Virus record (IMG/VR): IMGVR_UViG_3300042336_000327
Span: 62,001 to 126,000 of that record
Length of the DNA stretch: 64,000 nucleotides
Strand: one strand, 5' to 3'
Source: an uncultured virus (IMG/VR IMGVR_UViG_3300042336_000327)
Lineage: Duplodnaviria > Heunggongvirae > Uroviricota > Caudoviricetes
The translations under genes were made by a program, and so were the position numbers. Of this stretch, positions 28,693 to 37,500 are shown in pieces. A model generated the notes under the pieces. That model saw only the letters and a list, made by a program, of their open reading frames with translations. It searched no databases and was not told the DNA's origin. Numbering within the stretch: the stretch's first letter is position 1; the number at the start of each line of letters is the position of its first letter.

Positions 28693-28801
28693 CGATTCGC
28701 ACCGTATCTGGTATGATTGTCTCATAGGCGGCGGGGGTTCAAACTCCGTATAAGACCTGCCCCTCCTTGCCCACTGGGTCGATAAAGATGGGAGGTCTCT
28801 T

Positions 28802-28878
<77 letters not shown>

Positions 28879-28958
28879 GCCCGAGTGGTGTAATTGGTAG
28901 CCACGCATGACTTAGGATCATGTTCTTCGGAGTGGAGGTTCGAGTCCTCTCTCGGGCA
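28879..28958 (+). tRNA. tRNA-Leu(TAG)
   Basis: GCCCGAG/CTCGGGC acceptor; CATGA-CTTAGGA-TCATG; short variable arm. Confidence 0.93.
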
Positions 28959-29007
28959 TTGGAGATTTTATTCTCCATACACACACAAACACACAAGGAG
29001 TAAAACA

Positions 29008-29205
29008 ATGACACCTTACGAACTGCGCTTTGAAATTTTTAAGCAAGCTTACGGTCAGGCGCAAGATGAGTTTCACGCAAACTATAATCTTGCAGAAATG
29101 TGGAATAGGGATAGAAATGTAAAAATGGATTATCCAGAGTTTCCTACATATGAAGAGGTTGAAGCACTTGCTGATAAAATCAATACTTTTGTAAGTTCCA
29201 AATAA
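29008..29205 (+). CDS. Hypothetical protein (MTPYELRFEIF...)
   Basis: AAGGAG SD before ATG 29008. Confidence 0.7.
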   Translation: MTPYELRFEIFKQAYGQAQDEFHANYNLAEMWNRDRNVKMDYPEFPTYEEVEALADKINTFVSSK

Positions 29206-29236
29206 AATAGTGGGGTGGCAACACCCCCGTTAGTAT

Positions 29237-29308
29237 TCCCCCTTGGCGCAGCGGTAGCGCAAACGACTGTTAATCGTAGGGTCCCTGGTTCGAATCCAGG
29301 AGGGGGAG
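29237..29308 (+). tRNA. tRNA-Asn(GTT)
   Basis: TCCCCCT/AGGGGGA acceptor; ACGA-CTGTTAA-TCGT; GTTCGAATC. Confidence 0.94.
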
Positions 29309-29398
29309 TTGGAAGTGATCCTGCGATAACCTCAAGAGCACTCCTTCCAACTAAAACCTAGAATATTTCTAGGTCAGGGGGATGGCCTCCCCTGTTTC

Positions 29399-29471
29399 GC
29401 CCTTGTAGCTCAGCTGGTAGAGCGCGGCTTTTGTAAAGCCGATGTCGCAAGTTCAAGTCTTGTCGGGGGCT
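29399..29471 (+). tRNA. tRNA-Thr(TGT)
   Basis: GCCCTTG/CGGGGGC acceptor; CGGCT-TTTGTAA-AGCCG. Confidence 0.94.
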
Positions 29472-29531
29472 CTTACAATATACACTTCCTAAATAAGGAA
29501 GTGTATAAATACTAATAGATAAACTTTTTAT

Positions 29532-29981
29532 ATGTCTATTAAAAATTTATATTCTGATGAGGAAATAAAATCTTTTCTTTTAGAAAGTTCTTCTTTTTGG
29601 CAGTTTTGTAAAAAACTTGGATATACTAATAAAAGCGGAACTACTTATGATATTGTAAAAAAAGACCTTGATAATAGAGGAATTAAACTTCCTATTTTTA
29701 GGAAGGGTGGTAAAAGCACCAAAAAGAAAACTCACTCTGAAATTTTTTGCGAATTTTCTACTTATGATAGAAAAGATTTAAAAAAGAGAATATTGAAAGA
29801 TGATATATTAAAGTATGAATGTTTAAAGTGTGGTATATCTGAATGGATGGGAAATCCAATATCACTACAAATAGACCATATTAATGGTGTAAATAACGAC
29901 AACCGAGTAGAAAATTTAAGATTTTTATGTCCAAATTGCCACTCTCAGACAGATACTTGGGGAAATAAAAAAAGGGCTTGA
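29532..29981 (+). mobile_element. HNH homing-type endonuclease in the tRNA cluster
   Basis: CLKC...LQIDHINGVNNDNRVENLRFLCPNCH; TATAAATA at 29504. Confidence 0.85.
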
Positions 29982-30011
29982 CATAATACTCATTATGCTT
30001 TATAATATTTT

Positions 30012-30088
30012 AGTCCGTGTGAAGCGAAGATGCGCTGGGGTTCCGTGCCTGTGAAGAGGAAACTCTGAGGCTGGGTAAATCCCCACCA
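30012..30088 (+). ncRNA. Candidate sRNA (5' leader of the tRNA-Gly transcript)
   Basis: TTGACA(29978)-17-TATAAT(30001) promoter; GC-rich stem-loop; 5' end complementary to two RBS regions. Confidence 0.5.
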
Positions 30089-30090
30089 TT

Positions 30091-30162
30091 GCGGAGTTAG
30101 TTCAGCGGTAGAACGCTATCCTTCCAAGTTAGATGTCGTCGGTTCGATTCCGATACTCCGCT
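30091..30162 (+). tRNA. tRNA-Gly(TCC)
   Basis: GCGGAGT/ACTCCGC acceptor; CTTCCAA anticodon loop. Confidence 0.94.
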
Positions 30163-30179
30163 CTTACGAAGTAGTAAAA

Positions 30180-30749
30180 ATGAGCATATACAATAATTAT
30201 TACTATATTCCTTCTGGCATTAAAAAAGAATTTTGTAGTCTAATACAAAAAGAATTTGGACAAGAATCTTTAACATCCTCAACGATTAGACTTCAAGATT
30301 CTCAATCTGCCATTGACTCTGATATAAGAAAAAGTAAAAATTTTTGGATACCAACAGACCATTGGGTTGCTGGTATGATGGCACACTTTATTAACTGTGC
30401 AAACTTAAATCTTTTTAATTATGATTTAACATCTTGGCACGATCAAATTCAATTTACAGTCTATGAGGGAAAAGGTTCTCATTATGCTTGGCACAGTGAT
30501 TTTACTACTGAACAGTACAATCCTGGTATAATAAGAAAACTAAGCATATCTCTTTGCTTATCATCAAAGGATGACTATGAAGGTGGAGAATTTCAACTCA
30601 TGTCTGGTCCGAGAAATATGAAAACAATTTCAATGGATGTTGGTGACGTAATCATATTCCCTTCAGATATAATACATAGAGTACGTCGATTAAAAAGTGG
30701 TAAAAGAATTTCTTTAGTTGGGTGGTATGGTGGACCAGCATTTAGATAG
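30180..30749 (+). CDS. 2OG-Fe(II) oxygenase (PKHD-type)
   Basis: WHSD, RKLS, YEGG, FPS...HRV, RISLVGW. Confidence 0.85.
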   Translation: MSIYNNYYYIPSGIKKEFCSLIQKEFGQESLTSSTIRLQDSQSAIDSDIRKSKNFWIPTDHWVAGMMAHFINCANLNLFNYDLTSWHDQIQFTVYEGKGSHYAWHSDFTTEQYNPGIIRKLSISLCLSSKDDYEGGEFQLMSGPRNMKTISMDVGDVIIFPSDIIHRVRRLKSGKRISLVGWYGGPAFR

Positions 30750-31257
30750 TATAAAATTAACCAGAAATCATTATCCTTCAGTTAAGGATGTGACTTGGGA
30801 TGATGTTATGGATAAGGCATCTTCTGAGTTATCAGTACCACCTTTTACTGGTATTGTTATCTGGAATGATTATGAGATACATTCCTCAGTAAATCCACAT
30901 GAAAAAGTAAAACTCCGTAAAACTATTCATAGACAATTCACTAATCCACCAACTTTTGTTTTGCATAGTGATTATCGTCCAGGAACTTTAAATCAAATTT
31001 TTCAAGAAGTTTCTGCAAAGCAAGGATTAAAGGTCATGCATGTTTATTTTTCATTTGGACGTGATAACTTAACTTTTGGTGATCATAAAGATACGGTCGA
31101 TGTTTTGATATTGCAAGCAAAGGGAACAATGTCATATATCTGTGAAGGTATTACTTATAAATTGAATGTTGGAGATAGTCTTTTCATTCCAAAAGGTACA
31201 TATCATGAACCAGTTGTAACTGGTCCTAGAATTACATTAAGTTTTTCATGGGAGTAG
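30727..31257 (+). CDS. Cupin/JmjC-like oxygenase
   Basis: HKD..DV..LQ..G, GDSLFIPKGTYH, RITLS. Confidence 0.75.
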   Translation: MVDQHLDSIKLTRNHYPSVKDVTWDDVMDKASSELSVPPFTGIVIWNDYEIHSSVNPHEKVKLRKTIHRQFTNPPTFVLHSDYRPGTLNQIFQEVSAKQGLKVMHVYFSFGRDNLTFGDHKDTVDVLILQAKGTMSYICEGITYKLNVGDSLFIPKGTYHEPVVTGPRITLSFSWE

Positions 31258-31261
31258 TCAT

Positions 31262-31876
31262 ATGATAAAAGTAATTGATAATGTTATTGGAAAAAGATAT
31301 CAAGAAGAAATAAAAGCCACTCTTTTTGGTAAAGTTTTTGATTGGCATTATAATCGTCTATTAACTTCTGATAATTATGGGAGTGCTTCTGGATTTACTC
31401 ATTGGTTGTGTGAAACCAGACCAGAGATGAACAGTAAGTACTATGATTTTTTTTCACCTCTAATTTATGAAGTTTCTAATAAATCTGGTGTAAATTATGA
31501 CCATGTAATAAGAGCTAGAACATTTTTTCAACTGCCATCAATGAATGAAAAGGACCATGACTTTTTTCATATTGATGATATTGAAGTTCCTCATACCGTA
31601 TTCTTATATTATGTGAATGATTCTGATGGAGATACGGTTATTCTGAAAAATAAATTTGAGTATGGTAAAGACGAAGATGATGATTCAACAGCAGGTAATC
31701 CAAACTGGCATAATCCAAAGGGTTTGATTACTGATGATGCACACATTGAAATCTTAGAAAGAGTTACTCCAAAACAAGGAAGAGTTGTGGTTTTTGATGG
31801 AGCACATTATCATGCTGCTGGAATTCCAAAGTACAATGAACGTATTGTTTTGAATTTTGATGTTTTTGTTCCCTAA
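31262..31876 (+). CDS. 2OG-Fe(II) oxygenase-like protein
   Basis: HID, YYVNDSDGDT, FDG.HYH, RIVLN. Confidence 0.8.
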   Translation: MIKVIDNVIGKRYQEEIKATLFGKVFDWHYNRLLTSDNYGSASGFTHWLCETRPEMNSKYYDFFSPLIYEVSNKSGVNYDHVIRARTFFQLPSMNEKDHDFFHIDDIEVPHTVFLYYVNDSDGDTVILKNKFEYGKDEDDDSTAGNPNWHNPKGLITDDAHIEILERVTPKQGRVVVFDGAHYHAAGIPKYNERIVLNFDVFVP

Positions 31877-31937
31877 CAATAATCTTAACCGTATCTTAAT
31901 TGACACAACCGATACGGTTATGCTATGATACCACCAA

Positions 31938-31978
31938 CTTAATTATCTTTTAAGATTTGGTTAAGTCACTCTAAATAC
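31938..31978 (+). promoter_or_regulatory. Pho-box-like TTAA repeats at 11-bp period upstream of the porin
   Basis: CTTAATTATCT TTTAAGATTTG GTTAAGTCACT CTAAATAC; a further pair (CTTAACCGTAT CTTAATTG) at ~31884. Confidence 0.45.
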
Positions 31979-32086
31979 TCCCGCATAGCAGACGCCCCAA
32001 CTACTCGCGTCTATATGTGACCCATAATACTTGAGGTATATCTGTATCTCTGGTACAATGTCGTTTAGTACTAAAAACAAACTTTT

Positions 32087-33589
32087 ATGAAATTCAAACA
32101 ACTGATGCTTGCACCTGTTGCTTTTGGAATGGTTGCTCCTGTTGCTGCGAATGCCGCAGACCTGAATATTGCAGCAGTCAACCAATACACTTCCACAGAA
32201 CAAGTTTCTAGCGTCACACAACTGTCTGATGTCCGTCCTACGGATTGGGCTTATCAGGCACTCAGCAATCTGGTTGAGCGTTATGGTTGCGTTGCTGGTT
32301 ATGAAAACGGAACTTACCTTGGTGGTAAGTCCATGACCCGTTTTGAAGCCGCTGCTCTTCTGAATGCTTGTCTGGATCGCGTAACTGAAGTTACCGATGA
32401 ACTCCAGCGTCTTGCTACTGAGTTCGCCAATGAACTTCAAGTTCTTCGTGGTCGCGTTGCCAAACTGGAGAAGCAGTCTGCTGCTCTTCAGGCACAACAG
32501 TTTTCCACTACTACCAAACTCAAGGGTGAAGCAACCTTCGTTCTGGGTGGTGTAGAAGGCGCCCGTCTTGCTAACAGTACCAACGTTGGAAACACTGCTT
32601 TCAACTATGACCTCCGTCTGAGTTTTGATACTTCCTTCACTGGTAAGGATCTGCTCAAGACCCGTCTGCGTTCGGGTAACTTCTCATCGCAACCTTTCGG
32701 TTCTTCCTCGTCACTGTTCAAACTGGACAAGGCAGAAACCTATGCGAACACGATGACGCTTGACCGTCTCTACTATCGCTTCCCTGCACTTGCTAAGGGC
32801 GTTTATCTGACCGCTGGTGCTCAGGTTCGTAACACTGAGATGGCATGGGTTCCTACCGCATATAAGTCGGACATCCTTGACTTCTTCTCCGTTGCTGGTG
32901 CTCCTGGTGTCTATAACAAGGCAACTGGTTCTGGTTTCGGTGTAGAGTGGGTACAACCCACCAAGAAGGGTAAAGGTGGTTTCGTTGCTAACCTGAACTA
33001 TGTTGCCCAGAGCGGTAACGATTCTACCAAAGGTCAGTTTGATGAAGATGGTTCTCTGAACACTCTTGCTCAAGTTGGGTATCGTGCTCCTCAGTATGGT
33101 ATTGCTTTCGGTTACCGCTACGGCACTGAAGGAACTCGCGTCCGTAACTTCAACGCTCTGGGTGGTGGTTCTGGTAACCTTGCTGCTAACCAAACCTCCA
33201 ATGGTTATGCGATTAATGCTTACTGGCAACCCAAGAAGTCGGGCATCATTCCTTCTGTGAGTGCTGCTTATGGTTGGAACACCGTAAGTCTGTCTAACAA
33301 CCGCACGACTCCTAATGCTGCTACCGATTCACAAACTTGGATGGCAGGTCTTCAGTGGAGCGATGTGTTTGTGAAGGGTAATGCCGCTGGTTTCGCCATC
33401 GGTGCTCCTGGTAATGCTGCTACTCTGAATGATGACCAAAAGGCAATTATGTGGGAAGCCTTCTATCGTTACAAGGTTAGCGATGCGATTAGCGTGACTC
33501 CTGCGGTCTTCTATGTGTCCAACAACCAAGGTCTGAAGCAAGCTTCGGACAATTATGGTGGTGTGATTCAGACGACCTTCCGCTTCTGA
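32087..33589 (+). CDS. Cyanobacterial SLH-domain outer-membrane porin (Som/OprB-like)
   Basis: Signal peptide, SDVRPTDWAYQAL..LVERYGC SLH domain, QFSTTTKLKGE, terminal TTFRF. Confidence 0.93.
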   Translation: MKFKQLMLAPVAFGMVAPVAANAADLNIAAVNQYTSTEQVSSVTQLSDVRPTDWAYQALSNLVERYGCVAGYENGTYLGGKSMTRFEAAALLNACLDRVTEVTDELQRLATEFANELQVLRGRVAKLEKQSAALQAQQFSTTTKLKGEATFVLGGVEGARLANSTNVGNTAFNYDLRLSFDTSFTGKDLLKTRLRSGNFSSQPFGSSSSLFKLDKAETYANTMTLDRLYYRFPALAKGVYLTAGAQVRNTEMAWVPTAYKSDILDFFSVAGAPGVYNKATGSGFGVEWVQPTKKGKGGFVANLNYVAQSGNDSTKGQFDEDGSLNTLAQVGYRAPQYGIAFGYRYGTEGTRVRNFNALGGGSGNLAANQTSNGYAINAYWQPKKSGIIPSVSAAYGWNTVSLSNNRTTPNAATDSQTWMAGLQWSDVFVKGNAAGFAIGAPGNAATLNDDQKAIMWEAFYRYKVSDAISVTPAVFYVSNNQGLKQASDNYGGVIQTTFRF

Positions 33590-33607
33590 TAGTATCTTTA
33601 TACCTCT

Positions 33608-33632
33608 AAACCTCCTTTCGGGGAGGTTTTTT
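33608..33632 (+). terminator. Intrinsic terminator
   Basis: AAACCTCC-TTTCGG-GGAGGTTT-TTT. Confidence 0.8.
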
Positions 33633-33646
33633 GGTGTTTGGCGACA

Positions 33647-33679
33647 TTTAACTTTCTCTTAAACTTAATCGAGTACAAT
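33647..33679 (+). promoter_or_regulatory. Pho box pair plus -10 (TACAAT) upstream of pstS
   Basis: TTTAACTT and CTTAAACT 11 bp apart, sitting where a -35 would be. Confidence 0.55.
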
Positions 33680-33701
33680 TACAAAGAAGTTTTTAATTCT
33701 C

Positions 33702-34679
33702 ATGAAACTCAAACATATTGCTACAATCGGTCTCGCTCTTGCTCCCGCTACCGCATTTGCTGGACCTGCTATTAATGGTGCTGGTGCTACCTTCCCTGCA
33801 CCTATCTACCAGCGTTGGTTCGTTGATTATTCTTCCACCACTGGTGAAAAAGTCAATTATCAGTCCGTTGGTTCTGGTGCTGGCGTTCGCCAGTTCGTTG
33901 CTGGAACTGTTGATTTTGGTGCTACTGATGAACCTATCAAAGCAAAGGAAGCAGCAAAAGTAAAGCGTGGTGTCGTTCAGATTCCTATGGTCGGTGGAAC
34001 TATTGCTGTTGCCTATAACAAGCCTGGATGCAAACTGAAACTGACTCAGAAACAAGTTGTCCATATCTTTATGGGACACATCAAGGACTGGAAGGAAGTT
34101 GGTTGTGCTGCTGGTTCTATCAGAGTTGTCCATCGTTCAGACGGTTCTGGAACTACCTATGCATTCACTAATTCTCTGGATGCTTTTGGTGGTTGGACTG
34201 CGGGTGTTGGTAAGTCAATCAACTGGCCTACTGGTGTTGGTGCTAAAGGTAACGAAGGCGTTGCTGGAACCCTTTCTAACACTCCTGGCGGTATCGGTTA
34301 TCTGAACACTGGATTCGTTCGTGCTAACAAACTCCAGGCTGCTGTGCTTCAGAACAAGGCAGGTAAGTTTGTTGGACCTTCTGCTGTGACTGGTGCTGCC
34401 GCTCTGAATGGCATCAAACTGGACCCCGTGACCCTTGCTGGAGAAGATCCCAATCCTGCAGGTGCCCGTGCCTATCCTATCTCCACTCTGACTTGGATTC
34501 TTGCCTATAAGAGTGGTTATGCTCCTGGTAAGGCATCTGCTGTTCGTGATGCTCTGAACTATGCTCTGAGTTCTAAGGCACAGTCGATTGCTGATGACCT
34601 GGGTTATGTTCCTCTTGCTGGTTCGGTCCTGAACCGTGCCCGTCTGAAAGTTCAACAAGTCGGTCTGGGCGAGAAGTGA
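33702..34679 (+). CDS. pstS: Phosphate ABC transporter substrate-binding protein
   Basis: GAGATFP, YQSVGSGAG, DFGATD, RSDGSGTT, YPI. Confidence 0.96.
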   Translation: MKLKHIATIGLALAPATAFAGPAINGAGATFPAPIYQRWFVDYSSTTGEKVNYQSVGSGAGVRQFVAGTVDFGATDEPIKAKEAAKVKRGVVQIPMVGGTIAVAYNKPGCKLKLTQKQVVHIFMGHIKDWKEVGCAAGSIRVVHRSDGSGTTYAFTNSLDAFGGWTAGVGKSINWPTGVGAKGNEGVAGTLSNTPGGIGYLNTGFVRANKLQAAVLQNKAGKFVGPSAVTGAAALNGIKLDPVTLAGEDPNPAGARAYPISTLTWILAYKSGYAPGKASAVRDALNYALSSKAQSIADDLGYVPLAGSVLNRARLKVQQVGLGEK

Positions 34680-34741
34680 TACATAGGGGGGTTGACAAAA
34701 CCCCCTTTTTAATGTATTATAAGTAACGAGTCAGGTGGTTT

Positions 34742-34954
34742 ATGTCTCTTCTTTCACAACTCGATAGACAACTTGCTATTACTGCCTTTGAGCATTATGC
34801 GGATTTTCTTAAAAGTGAAATTTCTTTTATTGAAGATTCTGACTTAGTTGGAGATTCAAACTATCCAGAATATACTACATATAAACAAGAACTGTATGAG
34901 TTAAATACTCTTCTTAACTGGGTTCGTTTGGAATACTTCAAGAATGAAAATTAA
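34742..34954 (+). CDS. Hypothetical protein
   Basis: Follows TTGACA-17-TATTAT promoter. Confidence 0.6.
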   Translation: MSLLSQLDRQLAITAFEHYADFLKSEISFIEDSDLVGDSNYPEYTTYKQELYELNTLLNWVRLEYFKNEN

Positions 34955-35108
34955 TCTCTGGTATTGTAAAGATATGAACCTCTGGCGTTGGACTTTGACT
35001 GATGATCATCGTCCAATTGTCAGACAAGAATCTGGACAACAAAAACATCTACGTGATGCTATGAATGATGTAGCAAATACTGTAGAATACATTATGGATA
35101 AACATTGA
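34944..35108 (+). CDS. Hypothetical 54-aa protein (MKINLWYCKDMNLWRWTL...)
   Basis: Translated by hand; overlaps the upstream stop. Confidence 0.6.
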   Translation: MKINLWYCKDMNLWRWTLTDDHRPIVRQESGQQKHLRDAMNDVANTVEYIMDKH

Positions 35109-35115
35109 ATTGATT

Positions 35116-35187
35116 GGGCGATTAGCGCAGCGGTAGCGCAGTTGCTTTACACGCAATTGGTCGGCGGTTCGAATCCGTCATCGCCCA
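35116..35187 (+). tRNA. tRNA-Val(TAC)
   Basis: GGGCGAT/ATCGCCC acceptor; GTTGC-TTTACAC-GCAAT. Confidence 0.95.
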
Positions 35188-35216
35188 CTTTATAAATACT
35201 TCAAAAAAGAAGTATA

Positions 35217-35777
35217 ATGGAAAAACTTTTCAAACAATTGAGTGATATTCAGGCATCTTTGTTTGTCTTGTTTCATAAGACATGGATTTATCATTGGAAT
35301 GTTGTAGGACCTGATTTTCACCAACTACATACTCTCTTCGGTGAGCAATATACTGCAATGTTTGAAGAGATCGATCGTCTGACTGAACATATGAGATTTC
35401 TTGGTATGAAACCAGTGAGCACACTAACTAGAATCACTGAAGTCACTCATATTGAACAAGCATCAAATAGTGCTCAGGGAATCAACGCTAAGATGATGGT
35501 GAAGCAACTTCTTGGTGATAATCAAACACTTATTGATATGCTAATTGATGCTTCCAATTCTGCTGAAAGAATTGAGAGTCTTGCTACAGCAAATATTCTT
35601 CAGGACTTAATGGAGTCTCATGGCAAATATGTGTGGATGTTGAGGTCTATCTCAGAGACTGCCAGATCGGCATCTGCGGCACTAGAAGATATCCAAGTAG
35701 AAGTAGAAGTTCCTCAACAAGCACCTGTACAAACTGAGTCAGTCGAAGAACCAATTGAAGAAGTAATTCCAGAATAA
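35217..35777 (+). CDS. dps: Dps-family mini-ferritin with acidic C-terminal extension
   Basis: HWNVVGPDF..LH..F.EQY...EIDRLTE, K..WML; TATAAATA at 35191. Confidence 0.9.
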   Translation: MEKLFKQLSDIQASLFVLFHKTWIYHWNVVGPDFHQLHTLFGEQYTAMFEEIDRLTEHMRFLGMKPVSTLTRITEVTHIEQASNSAQGINAKMMVKQLLGDNQTLIDMLIDASNSAERIESLATANILQDLMESHGKYVWMLRSISETARSASAALEDIQVEVEVPQQAPVQTESVEEPIEEVIPE

Positions 35778-35799
35778 TAAAGTTAATTATTTTTAAACC

Positions 35800-36051
35800 A
35801 TGATTGTAATTAGATGTAAAGAGTGTGGAGTCGAATTGACTAGCCACCCTACAAAAACAAGGTGCTGTGGGTGTTCTAATATGACCACAGTTAGAGGGGA
35901 AACTATTACTGCTTTAGATTTGTCTAAAATTGTAATGGTATCTTCTAATGCTTCAAATCAAAAATCAAGTGTCTTTTCCAATGAAGACCTAGAATATCAA
36001 AATGCTCGTAGAAATAGAAAAGTAAGACGTTTAGATTTTGAAGTTAGATAG
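35800..36051 (+). CDS. Small Cys-rich (Zn-binding) protein
   Basis: CKEC...CCGC; RRLDFEVR end. Confidence 0.7.
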   Translation: MIVIRCKECGVELTSHPTKTRCCGCSNMTTVRGETITALDLSKIVMVSSNASNQKSSVFSNEDLEYQNARRNRKVRRLDFEVR

Positions 36052-36652
36052 GTCTTAGTATAGTATTTTCATCATAACGTGCATACTGAAATCCATCATC
36101 ATTTAGTTTTCCAAAACCAAATCTGCGAGCAACCAAAGAACGTTGGTGTTTTCCAATAACCAGTGAAGACTCTGTAAAACCATCGTTTAGTTTTGGTCCA
36201 TGTGGTTTTGCAACTAAAACATCTCCAGGTCTTGGAGAAAGTTTGACCATACCCTCTTCTAAATTTTTATAAGTATATTTCATAAAGTTATAGAAGATTT
36301 TTTTCCTTTCTTCTAATGAAAATTCGTTTGGTTGCTTAGTATATTTGACTTCATAACCAACCTCTGCAACTCTGGTTTTTTCATGAAAATAAATTCTTTC
36401 TGCTAAAGTTTTTATTTTTTCTTCTAACTGTGGTGAGTTATAATGGTCTTCAAACTCTAAGTATAAGTAACTTTTTTTAGTTTGATAAAGTATTATAAAT
36501 GTATAAATTGCTAGAGCGCCATCCTCACATTTAAAATTGACTTGTTGATATCTTTTATTTTCTTTTGGATAAACTGGAGACCTATCACGATATCCAAGTT
36601 TTTTGAGTAGTCTTTCAAACTCAATTCTTTTTGTTGATGGGGTGATAAGCAC
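36044..36652 (-). CDS. Hypothetical 202-aa protein on the opposite strand
   Basis: Only long ORF in this interval. Confidence 0.65.
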   Translation of the reverse strand: MLITPSTKRIEFERLLKKLGYRDRSPVYPKENKRYQQVNFKCEDGALAIYTFIILYQTKKSYLYLEFEDHYNSPQLEEKIKTLAERIYFHEKTRVAEVGYEVKYTKQPNEFSLEERKKIFYNFMKYTYKNLEEGMVKLSPRPGDVLVAKPHGPKLNDGFTESSLVIGKHQRSLVARRFGFGKLNDDGFQYARYDENTILRPI

Positions 36653-36692
36653 TTGACGAAATTGAATAGATAGTGTATATTATAACATAATC

Positions 36693-36778
36693 GGAAGATT
36701 GGCCGAGTGGTTGATGGCGTTAGTCTTGAAAACTAATAACGTTAATAGCGTTCCAGGGTTCGAATCCCTGATCTTCCT
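36693..36778 (+). tRNA. tRNA-Ser(TGA)
   Basis: GGAAGAT/ATCTTCC acceptor; TTAGT-CTTGAAA-ACTAA; long variable arm. Confidence 0.93.
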
Positions 36779-36893
36779 TGTTACAAATATTACAAAGTTT
36801 TAGATTTTCTTAATCTATATTTTTGTATCAACACATAGTTGACATAGTAAAAGTACTCACTAGTATAACTAATAATATTCAATCTAAAACCCT

Positions 36894-37043
36894 ATGGATC
36901 AACGCACCTACGACAATTGGGTGAAGATCAAGGAGACGTTTGAAACGTCTGGTAATACGGACAATATGTTCTACAAAAGATCAGTTGAAATCGTAAAGAC
37001 CAGAAAAGACCCACTTGCGAAGTTTCTTGGAGATGAGAAGTGA
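36894..37043 (+). CDS. Hypothetical 49-aa protein (MDQRTYDNWVKIK...)
   Basis: After TTGACA...TATAAC promoter; translated by hand. Confidence 0.6.
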   Translation: MDQRTYDNWVKIKETFETSGNTDNMFYKRSVEIVKTRKDPLAKFLGDEK

Positions 37044-37243
37044 TGGAACCTCAAGACGAGTTTGTAAGCCGTTCTGAAGTTCAGGAGATGATTGATGCTG
37101 CTATACGACGACACAACCGTAATGCTTCTATCATTAGCATGTGCGTCGGTTGGGTGGTTCTTGCTTTATTTGCTGAAGGACTCCTCCGACTTGTAGGTGT
37201 TATTCCGCCTGTATTACCATGGCTCAACATTACCCTGAACTAA
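37043..37243 (+). CDS. Small membrane protein
   Basis: TGATG coupling; hydrophobic C-terminal half. Confidence 0.6.
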   Translation: MEPQDEFVSRSEVQEMIDAAIRRHNRNASIISMCVGWVVLALFAEGLLRLVGVIPPVLPWLNITLN

Positions 37244-37398
37244 TCGGTATTGTTTTCCTGTTAGTATTTGCCGCCACGATGTTCTATCAAGGCACTTGTA
37301 TTATGAGAGGTCAAAGAGGATATTCTCTCCGAGACTATATGAAACAGGAAAGTTCAAATATGCGTAAAAGAATAGAAGACTTACTCAAGGACAAATGA
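37219..37398 (+). CDS. Small single-TM protein (59 aa)
   Basis: Translated by hand (MAQHYPELIGIVFLLVFAATMFYQG...). Confidence 0.55.
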   Translation: MAQHYPELIGIVFLLVFAATMFYQGTCIMRGQRGYSLRDYMKQESSNMRKRIEDLLKDK

Positions 37399-37500
37399 TC
37401 TCTCTTACAGAAGAAGATTTAAAAGAACTCCAAAGAAGAGTTACACAACAAAAAATAGAAGAACTATTTGAAGAACCATCTACTTATGAGGACGAAGACG

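Noticed and set aside
30045..30072. Hammerhead ribozyme or tRNA in the tRNA-Gly leader
   Set aside because: There is no CTGATGA core and no T-arm or anticodon arm, despite GAAA and a terminal CCA.
36780..36797. HLR1 site after tRNA-Ser
   Set aside because: The TTACA repeats have a 9-nt period rather than 10.
36824..36838. NtcA box
   Set aside because: GTA-N8-TAG, not GTA-N8-TAC.
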